From Bacteroidota bacterium (GTDB taxonomy: Bacteria; Bacteroidota; Ignavibacteria; UBA10030), in NCBI GenBank assembly GCA_049522195.1, contig JBEKOB010000002.1, positions 49,392 to 113,391 on the forward strand: DNA of 64,000 bases, written 5' to 3'. Both the position numbers and the translations under genes were made by a program. Shown in pieces: positions 40,170 to 49,468 of the stretch. The notes under the pieces are model-generated. The model was not told where the DNA came from. It was given only the letters and a program-made list of their open reading frames with translations, and searched no databases. Within the stretch, counting starts at the first letter, position 1. Every line of letters starts with the position of its first letter.

Positions 40170-43100
40170 ATGAGTCGCTCATCAGCGTATTGTATCGTTC
40201 TTCTTCTCCTCGCGCCTCTTGGCGCAGTCTCTCAAGCTCAATCGAAGATACCGACGAAGACCCCGGAACCAGGGCTGCTTTTCTATCTTTCCGGCGATCA
40301 CGGTTTCAATGCCGATTATTCCGCTGGGGGGACTCCCGCACCCAATTTTCTCCAAAACGTGAAAATCATTCCTGATGGAGCAAAAGGGCCCGGGTTCGCA
40401 TGCGAGGACAAACAGCTTATGTCATACTGGGCGCCTGGAAACATTTATGCGGAGAGAGGAACCCTCAGCTTCTTCTGGCGATCACGCGAGCCGGTCGGGA
40501 AGACCGAGTTCCCCATCTTTCGTGTTGGATATGCCGATCACTCCAGCTGGGATATGGTGTGGCTGCGCATCGATTACAATGGTCATGGCTTTGACGCGTT
40601 TGTGACGGATGTGAATTTGTCGCGGGTTCGAATATCATATTCACTCTCGCCGTTTCCGCGCCCAGAACAATGGATTCACCTTGCCTTGACGTGGGATGAA
40701 ACCGTTGGAATTCGCTTCTTCGTTGATGGGAAACAGATTGCCCAGAAAGACAGCGTGGTGGTGCTCTACGCGGGTCTCGACCAATTTGGGCCCCATTCAC
40801 GGATCATAAGCCCGGTCCAGGTGCAGAGTGCCTACAACTTCCAGCGGGGCGGCGACATCGATGAGGTTCGCATCTATGACCGCATGCTTTCGCCGGAGAA
40901 CATCGCCCGACTTGCCAAAGGCGGGACGGCCGGGGAGGTTCCCGTCCTGATAAGGAACCTTCAGGACGCCCGATGGAAATCGGAATGGCGATTGAGGTAT
41001 GGATGGAATCTGGATCTTCCTCCGTATCTGGATCAACCGTTTACGAGAGTGCGCAAGGTTGAAATTCAGAACGCGTACGATCTGAAACGCTGGTGGTGGA
41101 AGGGAATAGACGGAATCCGCGAGACGACATGGCCGGGCGTCTACAATCGATCGCGCCTCCCCGGGCGAAACGATTATTTTCAACTGCCCGACTGGGACTG
41201 CTATTCGCTGTCGGGAAAATCGATCACCTTCTTCATGCCCGACGAGACGTGGAACCACCTTGAAATCTCAGGCGGGGCATGGGGAACAATGACGCTGGCC
41301 GCATCGAATGAAAGCAAACAAGAACCTGACACTAGAGAGCTTTTCGCCCGACCAAAAGGGCAGGAAAAAACCGTCCATCGATTGTTGAAACCAGAGTTTG
41401 GGGGGCGACTGCAATTCAAGAATGAAGTGCAGGAGACACCTATTGGAGAGTTGTCCGCTTACAATGTTGAAGCCGGAAGCGAACCTCATGGTCTTTGCAC
41501 ACTTCGTTATTGCTTGAACGGCGGGTTAGAATCGACGAGCAATGAAGTGCAGCCCTTGATGAAATTCGTGAATGGCAGATTTCTGCCGGATGAACGGTCG
41601 GCAATGATTGCCTTGCCCGGAGCCTGGTTGCGGGAGGAACAGAGACGGGCCCCGGAGAAACATTTGCCGCTCGTACACATTTTCGTTCCCTACGATTCCC
41701 GCTCTGCAATGCCAGCGGATGTAAGCCCCGACTCCTCCTATGCGTGGGAAAAAATCAACGGTGGACTTGATGGCGTTGCCATAGATCTGCCGGCGTTGGA
41801 TCTAAAACCGATCGATGGTAATCTTATCCCTTTCAATATCCAGATAAAGGATCCTCTTTGGCCAAGTCGCACCATGCTCGATTTCTCTTTTTCTGTGAAG
41901 CCCGGCGAGGCGCGCACGTTGTGGCTTGACACGCGGGATCGAATCTTGCCAAAAGGCAAAAGTCTCTATCTGACAATTGCTTCAGCCTCTCCGGATTTTG
42001 GTCCAAACACACTCGAAGGGGCTCAAATCCGGCTTGTCTTTAAAGCGTGGAAAGAAGCATATCGTGAGCATGTTCAGGATCGGTTCAGTCAAGTTCGGGA
42101 TAACTACGCTTTTCTCGTCGAGGAGCGGCCGGATGATCCACGGTTCAATCTTTACAACCGGTTCGAGAGTGATGTCAACGATCTGCTGACTGTAGACCCG
42201 AAACACTATCCCGGTCAGAACTATTGGTACGATATCGACCATAATCATCGAAAACCACTCTTTGTGCAGCCCTCCGTGCCGGATGGAATTCCCGCCTGGG
42301 CCTTCCGCCAGATCGAAGACCTCCGGTATTTCAATCGATTTGTTCTCTGGTGGATCGATAACCGCCAGATCCAAGACGGAGAACTCGGCGGTGGGCTTTC
42401 AGATGATGACGATCTCACGAATTGCTGGCCCGGCGCCGCGCTGATGGGATGCGAACCGGAAAAGATCAGCAACGCCGTGCTCCGAATGCTGGATGCCATC
42501 TACGAAAACGGAATGTTCACAGGCGGGCTCTCAACAATCCAGACAGACGGACTGCATGCACACGAAGAGGGGATCGAAGCGCAAACGCAGGCAATGCTGG
42601 TGGACTATGGAAGCCCGAAACAGGTAGAGCGAATGATGGAAACCGTCCGCGCCCTGGACGAGAAATTGATATTGAAGAACAAAGCCGGTCACAGGCATTT
42701 TCGGTCGAGCTATTTCAGCGGCACAAAAATCGCAGACGAAGGAATCTGGGAATGGTCGCTCCAGCAACAGGAGTATTTGCTCATGGAGCCGGTTCTGACT
42801 CTGGCTGAATTCAACGGCAATCCGCGGGCGCGCCAGCTGGCGATCGATGTTGCAGACGGATTGCTGGCACATGCCAGGAAAGACAGCAAGGGGAAAATTG
42901 TTCTTGATTCAGAGATCAACTTCTCGAGCGACTCAACCAGACCGTCTCCGCTCGGAACAAAAGGAATGCTTGCTTCTAGCATGGGAGATGGTGCAACCAT
43001 CAGCACGTCGTCGGCAGCGCTTCAGCTTCTCTGGGGAGTCTATCGGATGACAGGTGAGAACATGTATCTTCAACCCCTGCTTGATCTTGGCGATGGCGTT

Positions 43101-44888
43101 CTGGGATTACTTAGTCACGATGCTCTCGACATGTTGAACCTGCGGGAATCCTGGGGAAAGCAAATCGCTGCAAGGACAACGCCGACGAAGGGAGCCGATC
43201 TGTACCGGCACATTGCCTGGCAGGTGACGGGAAACAAATCTTATCTTGAGCACTACTATGCAGACCAGGCAGAATCGTCGGCGCTCAGGGAATACATCAA
43301 CACCGAGGGATCGCTCTGGAGCGACCGGGTTTTCGCGGCGAACCGGGAATTGCAGCGCTCAAGGTTGGGAGGAGTCGCGCTTGTCCGTGGTGCCATTCAT
43401 TCTGGTCATGCCGTGAGCTGGAAGTTCAAAGCCCCCGCTACAGAACAGAGCGTTGCAATCCTCATTCCGGAAGCGACTCCTTCCGATATCAAAATTATCG
43501 CATACAACCTTGATCAGAAGCCGGTTGAAGCAACGATGACGCTCTGGAATACAGAGCCCGGTACGTGGGTGCTTGTGCAGGGGCTCGATTTGAATGGTGA
43601 TGAGGCAATCGACACGACGCTTTCAAAGCAGACAATCACCCTTGAGCGAAGCAAGAGTGTCCAGATCACCTTTGCTCCGCGCACAACAACCATCCTTGCG
43701 TTACGGCTACAATCGAAATCAACTCCCTACTCCATGCGCCCCGATCTTGGGATTGGAAGGGAAGACGTCGTCCTTGAGGGAAACACCGTGCGGGTCAAGG
43801 TGCACAGTCTTGGCTCTGTGGAAACATCGCCAACGACGGCCGCAGTCATTCATGACAGAAGGGTAATCGCTTCAGCCCGAGTGCCAGCCATCCCAGCGCC
43901 CATTGATCTCACGCCAAAATGTGTTGATGTCATCATTCCACTGCCTCCGGGGGTGAAAGCTGAAGACTGCAGTGTGGAGATCGATCCGGAAAACAGCATG
44001 AACGAAATCACACTCAATAACAACCGCGTTGATCTACAGAAGACAGATCCGACAAAGACCTTAGGCGCGCGAAGCGACCAGGTCGTCGGTCTTGCCAACA
44101 AGCCGCGCCCCGAGCATATTGCCTTCAATGTCTCGGATCCTGTCGCGGTGGCAAAGTGGTATTGCGATAACCTGGGGATGAAAATTCTTCGCAAGAGCGC
44201 CCCTCCCGCAACAACACACTTTATAGCCGACTCCGCTGGGACGATGACGCTTGAACTTTACAGAAATGAGAAAGGCCCAATCCCGGATTACTCATCGATC
44301 AGCCATATTTCAATGCACCTTGCTTTCACCGTTGATGATGTGAGCGAAGTGAAAACCCGATTTCTGGCGGTGGGCGCAAAGCTGGCAGAAGACATCGTCA
44401 CCACACCATCCGGTGACCGAATTCTCATGCTGCGCGATCCATGGGGTCTTCCTCTCCAGTTTACGGTGCGGGTGTCCCCCATGCTGAAGTCGGGGGGCCT
44501 TCGGTTCGAACATCTCGCGTTGAACGTCGCTGATCCGCAGAGCGTGGCAAACTGGTACGTTGAAAACCTGGGGATGAAGGTGGTCAGGCAAGGCGGCCCA
44601 CCTTCGTTCACGCATTTTACTGCAGATGATGGAACACATATGATGATCGAACTCTCAACCAACACGACGGCGCCCATCCTGGACTTGTCGAAGTTTAACA
44701 CCGTGTCACTCCACTTCGCGTTTATCGTAGAGGATGTCCGATCATTGCGGACGGGCTTGATTGAGGCGGGAGCAACGCTGGCGGAGGAGATTCGCGAAAC
44801 CAACGCAGGCGACCAAGTGCTCGTCTTGAGGGATCCGTGGGGTCTTCCGATTCAGTTCATCAAACGCACCGAAGCGCTGCTGAAGTAG
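40170..44888 (+). CDS. Giant (1572 aa) secreted multidomain protein: N-terminal LamG-like lectin domain, large central domain of unknown (possibly alpha-helical toroid) fold, two C-terminal VOC/glyoxalase-type domains
   Basis: Signal peptide MSRSSAYCIVLLLLAPLGAVSQAQS. LamG-like segment ...GTLSFFWRSREPVG...WIHLALTWDETVGIRFFVDGKQ. The C-terminus has two tandem ~125-aa units, each starting H(I/L)A(F/L)NV(S/A)DP..VA.WY..NLGMK(I/V)(L/V)R and ending RDPWGLP(L/I)QF, as in glyoxalase-I / bleomycin-resistance (VOC) folds. Confidence 0.7.
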   Translation: MSRSSAYCIVLLLLAPLGAVSQAQSKIPTKTPEPGLLFYLSGDHGFNADYSAGGTPAPNFLQNVKIIPDGAKGPGFACEDKQLMSYWAPGNIYAERGTLSFFWRSREPVGKTEFPIFRVGYADHSSWDMVWLRIDYNGHGFDAFVTDVNLSRVRISYSLSPFPRPEQWIHLALTWDETVGIRFFVDGKQIAQKDSVVVLYAGLDQFGPHSRIISPVQVQSAYNFQRGGDIDEVRIYDRMLSPENIARLAKGGTAGEVPVLIRNLQDARWKSEWRLRYGWNLDLPPYLDQPFTRVRKVEIQNAYDLKRWWWKGIDGIRETTWPGVYNRSRLPGRNDYFQLPDWDCYSLSGKSITFFMPDETWNHLEISGGAWGTMTLAASNESKQEPDTRELFARPKGQEKTVHRLLKPEFGGRLQFKNEVQETPIGELSAYNVEAGSEPHGLCTLRYCLNGGLESTSNEVQPLMKFVNGRFLPDERSAMIALPGAWLREEQRRAPEKHLPLVHIFVPYDSRSAMPADVSPDSSYAWEKINGGLDGVAIDLPALDLKPIDGNLIPFNIQIKDPLWPSRTMLDFSFSVKPGEARTLWLDTRDRILPKGKSLYLTIASASPDFGPNTLEGAQIRLVFKAWKEAYREHVQDRFSQVRDNYAFLVEERPDDPRFNLYNRFESDVNDLLTVDPKHYPGQNYWYDIDHNHRKPLFVQPSVPDGIPAWAFRQIEDLRYFNRFVLWWIDNRQIQDGELGGGLSDDDDLTNCWPGAALMGCEPEKISNAVLRMLDAIYENGMFTGGLSTIQTDGLHAHEEGIEAQTQAMLVDYGSPKQVERMMETVRALDEKLILKNKAGHRHFRSSYFSGTKIADEGIWEWSLQQQEYLLMEPVLTLAEFNGNPRARQLAIDVADGLLAHARKDSKGKIVLDSEINFSSDSTRPSPLGTKGMLASSMGDGATISTSSAALQLLWGVYRMTGENMYLQPLLDLGDGVLGLLSHDALDMLNLRESWGKQIAARTTPTKGADLYRHIAWQVTGNKSYLEHYYADQAESSALREYINTEGSLWSDRVFAANRELQRSRLGGVALVRGAIHSGHAVSWKFKAPATEQSVAILIPEATPSDIKIIAYNLDQKPVEATMTLWNTEPGTWVLVQGLDLNGDEAIDTTLSKQTITLERSKSVQITFAPRTTTILALRLQSKSTPYSMRPDLGIGREDVVLEGNTVRVKVHSLGSVETSPTTAAVIHDRRVIASARVPAIPAPIDLTPKCVDVIIPLPPGVKAEDCSVEIDPENSMNEITLNNNRVDLQKTDPTKTLGARSDQVVGLANKPRPEHIAFNVSDPVAVAKWYCDNLGMKILRKSAPPATTHFIADSAGTMTLELYRNEKGPIPDYSSISHISMHLAFTVDDVSEVKTRFLAVGAKLAEDIVTTPSGDRILMLRDPWGLPLQFTVRVSPMLKSGGLRFEHLALNVADPQSVANWYVENLGMKVVRQGGPPSFTHFTADDGTHMMIELSTNTTAPILDLSKFNTVSLHFAFIVEDVRSLRTGLIEAGATLAEEIRETNAGDQVLVLRDPWGLPIQFIKRTEALLK

Positions 44889-44917
44889 AACCCCCTGGTC
44901 GAAAAGCGGAATGCGCA

Positions 44918-45090
44918 GCGAGAAATCCGAAACACGAAATCCTAAATCCTAAACAAATCCCAAATATAAAATACGAAAATCCGAAGGAGACTCTATTTTT
45001 TGGTTTATGACTCTTCGGATTTGTTTCGAATTTCGAGATTAGGGTTTCGTATTTCCCTCGTATTTCGATATTAGGATTTCGGATTTAGAG
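44918..45090. repeat. Imperfect palindromic intergenic repeat element (copy B), homologous to copy A at 34205..34340; sits between the convergent ends of the 1572-aa gene and the DUF192 gene
   Basis: Left arm gaaatccgaaacacgaaatcctaaatcctaaacaaatccc, central stem-loop aatccgaag...cttcggatt, right arm ggatttgtttcgaatttcgagattagggtttcgtatttc...ggatttcggattt. Same unit repertoire and blocks as copy A. Confidence 0.5.
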
Positions 45091-45110
45091 CCAGTCTCGT
45101 ACAGCCGCTC

Positions 45111-45683
45111 TTAGAAACGGTTCCAGACGATGCGATCACCGACGGAGATTTTGTGCCGGTCCGTATAGCCCGCATTCACCTCAATGACGAACTGTGCAGG
45201 CTTTGACGACGCATAGGATTGTTCAGAGTACGGGGTCGTGTTCTTGTGAATGGTAACGATCTCATCTTTGCTGTTCACGAAAATCATGTCCAGCGGAAGC
45301 ACGGTATTCTTCATCCAGAAGGCCCTCGTCTCATCCGCCTCGAAGATAAACAGCATCCCTTGATTCTCCGTGAGCTTGTCGCGATACATCAGCCCAAGCT
45401 GGCGCTTTGACTCATCCTGCGCGAGTTCAACGTCGATTGCGGAGAGAAAATCCTGTTTTCCGGTCTGGAAACGAACTTCACCCTGTTTCACAAATTCGTA
45501 CACCCCCGTCTGCGTCGTTGTGGTTGATGGCTGTGTGATAGGTGCGGGCTTGTTGGATGGCTGATATGTCAGGACCGCGATCAGCGCAAGGATGAGAACA
45601 ACGGTGCCGGTGACGGCGGCGATGGATTTTGTATTCCTCTTCTGCGGGCGTGGAGCCTCAGCCGGCTTCTGTTTCTTACTCAT
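45111..45683 (-). CDS. DUF192 domain protein (secreted/anchored)
   Basis: 190 aa with an N-terminal TM/signal. The segment ...MLFIFEADETRAFWMKNTVLPLDMIFVNSKDEIV... is the characteristic DUF192 motif. Confidence 0.7.
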   Translation of the reverse strand: MSKKQKPAEAPRPQKRNTKSIAAVTGTVVLILALIAVLTYQPSNKPAPITQPSTTTTQTGVYEFVKQGEVRFQTGKQDFLSAIDVELAQDESKRQLGLMYRDKLTENQGMLFIFEADETRAFWMKNTVLPLDMIFVNSKDEIVTIHKNTTPYSEQSYASSKPAQFVIEVNAGYTDRHKISVGDRIVWNRF

Positions 45684-45717
45684 GAGGTTTGTTTCCTGTC
45701 GGAGAGTTATTGCGTTT

Positions 45718-47562
45718 CTAGTTCTTGAAGAGGCCCTTCAGGGCATCCTGGAGCCCCTTCTTCTTTGCCTGATCGATGCGGGCGTCGAGTTCCTTCTTTT
45801 TCCCGTCGAGCAAAGAAAGGTTTTGATTCACCAGAGACTCATAGGAACGCAGCGGCGACAGCGCGTCCTCCTTCTTCTGGTTAAAGATCTTGTCAAATTC
45901 CGCCCTCTTGTCCGCTATGACCTGGTTCACCTTCGCGCGGATATCGTTCTGCAGCCGGGCGAGTTCATCGCCGATGACCTTTTTTGTCCGGGCTGCCAGC
46001 TGGTCGTCAAGGTCGGTGCTGAGTGCCACATTGAGCGGGCCACCGGTGTTCCACATGCGAAGCCCCACATTGAAACCGGTAATTGAGGCGAGAACCTCGC
46101 GTGTGATTCGCTCAACATCATTTTGAGGCGCCCGGTCGAAGACGAGCGAAAGATCATGGAACACCAGCTTTAAATTTGCATCAAATTGGTCACCGGGCAC
46201 CGAGGCATCAGCGGAGACATTGATCCTTGTCTTTGTAATTCGGGAAGGGACAAAATCGGCCTGGCCGAAGGCGATGTCGGTCTCCGGGATGTCCGATGCG
46301 GTTACCTTATACTTGTCGATGGGGATGTCGGGCCTGCGGTCAAAGGATGCGTCGATCGTAAAGCTGCCGCCCCCCGCCTTTGAGCCGGCAAGCGCGATCG
46401 TGAGAGGAAGTCCGGTCAGGCGCTGGTTGGCGGAAACGTTCTTGACCTCCCCCTTCGCGTAGAAATATTCCGGGTTCTGATTCTTGTCCTCACCTCCCGA
46501 AATGGCGATCTTCTTTATCCACCACTTTGGGTAGGACTGCTCGACAGGAAACGATATGTCCTGTCCCTTGAAGCGGGGCGGCTTTTCGTTGGCTGGTTTT
46601 GAAGTATATTTTGGAATGTTCGTGCGTGCAAGATCAGCGTACGATATGTACGTGTTCACCTTCTGAAGAATCTCTCTTCCCAGCAAAAGCTTCGCGATTC
46701 CCTGAGTGCTGAGATCCGGAAGCCGGGCAAGCCGCTTCACTGTTTCATAATCAGCTTTCGCGAGGTCATCGATGGCGCCCGCAGAAGCGTAAAGACGATT
46801 GATTTGGTCGGTGACGGCTGTGCGGCGATTCTTGAAGGTCTCGTTGAGATCCATCAGCCCCTTGTATGCATTGTTCGCGTTGCCGAGAGCGGCCGTGATG
46901 CTTTCAACAGTCTTGAGTTCGTTGACATTGATGGCCACGATGTTCGATCGAATTTCAGATATCCGTTGCTTTGATTTCTCAATATCGTTCAATGTCGATT
47001 GCCATTGCTGGCTTGCCTCCTGCACCCGGCGTTTCAGCGTATCGATGTATTGAACGGATCGAAGATTCTGTACGTTCAGAAGGCTATCGATCTTTAGTTC
47101 CTTGCGAATCTTGCTGATATCGAACACCGGAGCTTTTTGAGGTTCGTTCGTCAGAGAGGCGGTTGCGCCCGAAAGGAGTGACGGTTCACTTGGCTTCGGT
47201 GGTGGTTTCGGCAGTGATCCGTCGGTGGAGCGCTTCGTCCCCAGCACGAGCCCATTCACCTCCATTGTTTCGATGATGTACTTTCCTCGCAGCAATTGCC
47301 CAAAGTTCAGAGCGAACCGGACATTGCCCGTCTCAAAAACGTTCTTCCATCGATCATGCGCATTTGCCACCTGAAGGCGTGAGAATTCAATCGCGATGGG
47401 TGACAAGGAAACCCTGAGATTATCGATCTCGACCTTTGCGCCCACAACGGCCTCGCCGGTCGATTCGAGACCGGACTCGACCCAGCGATCTATAAACAGA
47501 TAGACAACGAGGCAAAGAACAACAAGAGGAATGAATATGAAGTATACAAATTTCTTGCGCAT
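45718..47562 (-). CDS. AsmA-family (TamB-like) outer-membrane biogenesis protein
   Basis: 614 aa. An N-terminal TM anchor is followed by a long beta-rich region of the size and composition typical of AsmA-like proteins (N-term MRKKFVYFIFIPLVVLCLVVYLFIDRWVESGLE...VEIDNLRVSL). Confidence 0.55.
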   Translation of the reverse strand: MRKKFVYFIFIPLVVLCLVVYLFIDRWVESGLESTGEAVVGAKVEIDNLRVSLSPIAIEFSRLQVANAHDRWKNVFETGNVRFALNFGQLLRGKYIIETMEVNGLVLGTKRSTDGSLPKPPPKPSEPSLLSGATASLTNEPQKAPVFDISKIRKELKIDSLLNVQNLRSVQYIDTLKRRVQEASQQWQSTLNDIEKSKQRISEIRSNIVAINVNELKTVESITAALGNANNAYKGLMDLNETFKNRRTAVTDQINRLYASAGAIDDLAKADYETVKRLARLPDLSTQGIAKLLLGREILQKVNTYISYADLARTNIPKYTSKPANEKPPRFKGQDISFPVEQSYPKWWIKKIAISGGEDKNQNPEYFYAKGEVKNVSANQRLTGLPLTIALAGSKAGGGSFTIDASFDRRPDIPIDKYKVTASDIPETDIAFGQADFVPSRITKTRINVSADASVPGDQFDANLKLVFHDLSLVFDRAPQNDVERITREVLASITGFNVGLRMWNTGGPLNVALSTDLDDQLAARTKKVIGDELARLQNDIRAKVNQVIADKRAEFDKIFNQKKEDALSPLRSYESLVNQNLSLLDGKKKELDARIDQAKKKGLQDALKGLFKN

Positions 47563-47564
47563 GT

Positions 47565-48089
47565 CTATGATGCTAGATTTTTGATTCTGTCATACCACTG
47601 CACAAGGGTGCTCTTGCTGATCACCCGATAGATTTTCCACTTCTCGATTCTTGTATGGAGATGCGCTCGGTAGGCGAGCACAAATTGTCTCATGCCAAAA
47701 TAGACAGGAAGAAAGAAAACGAGACTGATCAGCAGGCTTCCTAAGACAACCGTGTTGTTGAAACGCGTCAATGGTACGATGGGGGCATTGTACAGGCTGG
47801 CCCAGAGTGCCCGCAACGCAGAAATGTCGGCGAGAAAGAAGTATCCGACCGCATGAATGAGTGGATCGAACAGATATGCGATGAGGGCAAAAAGCGTAGC
47901 CGAGAGAAGTGCCGCGCTGAGATTGACGTCAAGGACCAGGATAATCAGCCAGAGGATTAGACCCTGGAGAGTCAGGAACGGCATGAATCCGACCATCGAG
48001 CCAAGAGCAAAGCCCCCCGCAATCTGCCGTGGGGTTTGGCCCGCGCGGAGAATCTGGATAAAGTTTTTGACGATTTGGAGCCAGAACAT
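47565..48089 (-). CDS. DUF2062 membrane protein
   Basis: 174 aa. ...TPRQIAGGFALGSMVGFMPFLTLQGLILWLIILVLDVNLSAALLSA... is the DUF2062 signature. Confidence 0.7.
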   Translation of the reverse strand: MFWLQIVKNFIQILRAGQTPRQIAGGFALGSMVGFMPFLTLQGLILWLIILVLDVNLSAALLSATLFALIAYLFDPLIHAVGYFFLADISALRALWASLYNAPIVPLTRFNNTVVLGSLLISLVFFLPVYFGMRQFVLAYRAHLHTRIEKWKIYRVISKSTLVQWYDRIKNLAS

Positions 48090-48271
48090 GGCTAGGCGGA
48101 AACCGGAGGTTAATTGGTGAATGGTGACTCTGGTGAAAGATACGGGAAGGTGGGGAGGGATTCAAGACGTGCTGGTGGAGGAACGTTGAATTCTCAACAA
48201 GAGTAGACCGGTCGGGTATTGCGAGAAATGCAGAGGAAACTTGAGAGGTCTTACAAGCTTAGTAGAAAGAA

Positions 48272-49438
48272 TCAGGCTGAACGGAGAGCATTGACAATGT
48301 TCAGCCGTGCCGCGCGCACGGAGGGGAGAAATCCGCCGATGAGTCCCATCAAAAGGGAAAAAAGAAGGGAGGAGACGATAATTGTTGGGGAAAGGGCGAA
48401 GGAGAATGCAAGTTCTGAGAACGAGCTGAAATTGAGTGTCGAAATAGTGAAAAACTGAAGCGTGGACGCGAAAAGGAGGCCCACTCCGCCACCGATCAAC
48501 GACAGCAGAAGTGATTCGGTTAGGAACGCTGCCAGCACACTTCGACGGCGGAACCCGAGTGCGCGCAGTGTTCCCACCTCGACGGTCCGGTTCGCCACCG
48601 CCGCATACATGGTGATCATTGCTCCGATGGTCGCCCCTGCGCTGAAGATCACCGTGATGAAAATCCCGAGGATCCTGATGAATCCCGCCATGAGTTCCGA
48701 CTGTTCCTCGAAAAACCGCTTCTCCGTTTTCGCTTCGAACTGTTGCAGTCTCGGTTCTTTGTCGAATGCCGCGGTAAATTCCTTAAACGCCTCCGGCCGG
48801 TCAAGACGGAAGGTGAGCGTCGAATACGCGTTGCGATTGAATGCGTCGAGCAACTGATCTGTGTCGCCCCACATCTCGGAGTCAAAGCCACTTCCGTCTG
48901 AATCGAAAATGCCTACAACGGTCCAGTTGTCCCCCGCGAAGCGCACAATATCGCCGATCTTCGAACCGGCAAAATGCTTCTCGATCGCCGCTCCGGTGAT
49001 GAGTTCACGGGCTCCCCACTTGAACATACGCCCCTCTTTGAGGCGGACCTGCGGCCTGAGGGTGAATGCCTGAGCCGAAACCCCGCGTACCGTGACGTTG
49101 CTGAGACCTCCATCCACCTTGTTGAGATTGATGACGACAACCGGTTCGCCGGAAGCGATGGGTTTTCCATCGGCTGTTTTCGCAATGTGCGGAAGAGTTA
49201 GTATGACATTTGCCGTTTCCCTGTCGATGATGCTCGAGATCTCTCCATTGGCAGCCTTTCGTGCGACGAGAACATTCTCATCCGAACCGGTTGCAATGAG
49301 AGTTTTCTGAACTCCATACGCCATCATCAGCACGGCCGAGAAAACAAACACGACAAGAGCGATGCCAAGAACCGTAATACCGGTCGTCAATCGGCGGGTT
49401 CCCAGATTGCGGAGAGTATATTTGAGAGGGATCTTCAC
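48272..49438 (-). CDS. ABC transporter permease, FtsX/MacB-type (permease 2 of the operon)
   Basis: 388 aa. TM1 is followed by a large periplasmic domain and then a C-terminal 3-TM FtsX core (...LRALGFRRRSVLAAFLTESLLLSLIGGGVGLLF...). GTG start. Confidence 0.85.
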   Translation of the reverse strand: MKIPLKYTLRNLGTRRLTTGITVLGIALVVFVFSAVLMMAYGVQKTLIATGSDENVLVARKAANGEISSIIDRETANVILTLPHIAKTADGKPIASGEPVVVINLNKVDGGLSNVTVRGVSAQAFTLRPQVRLKEGRMFKWGARELITGAAIEKHFAGSKIGDIVRFAGDNWTVVGIFDSDGSGFDSEMWGDTDQLLDAFNRNAYSTLTFRLDRPEAFKEFTAAFDKEPRLQQFEAKTEKRFFEEQSELMAGFIRILGIFITVIFSAGATIGAMITMYAAVANRTVEVGTLRALGFRRRSVLAAFLTESLLLSLIGGGVGLLFASTLQFFTISTLNFSSFSELAFSFALSPTIIVSSLLFSLLMGLIGGFLPSVRAARLNIVNALRSA

Positions 49439-49468
49439 TTATTCTTTGCCCACCAAGAATGAGAGCGC

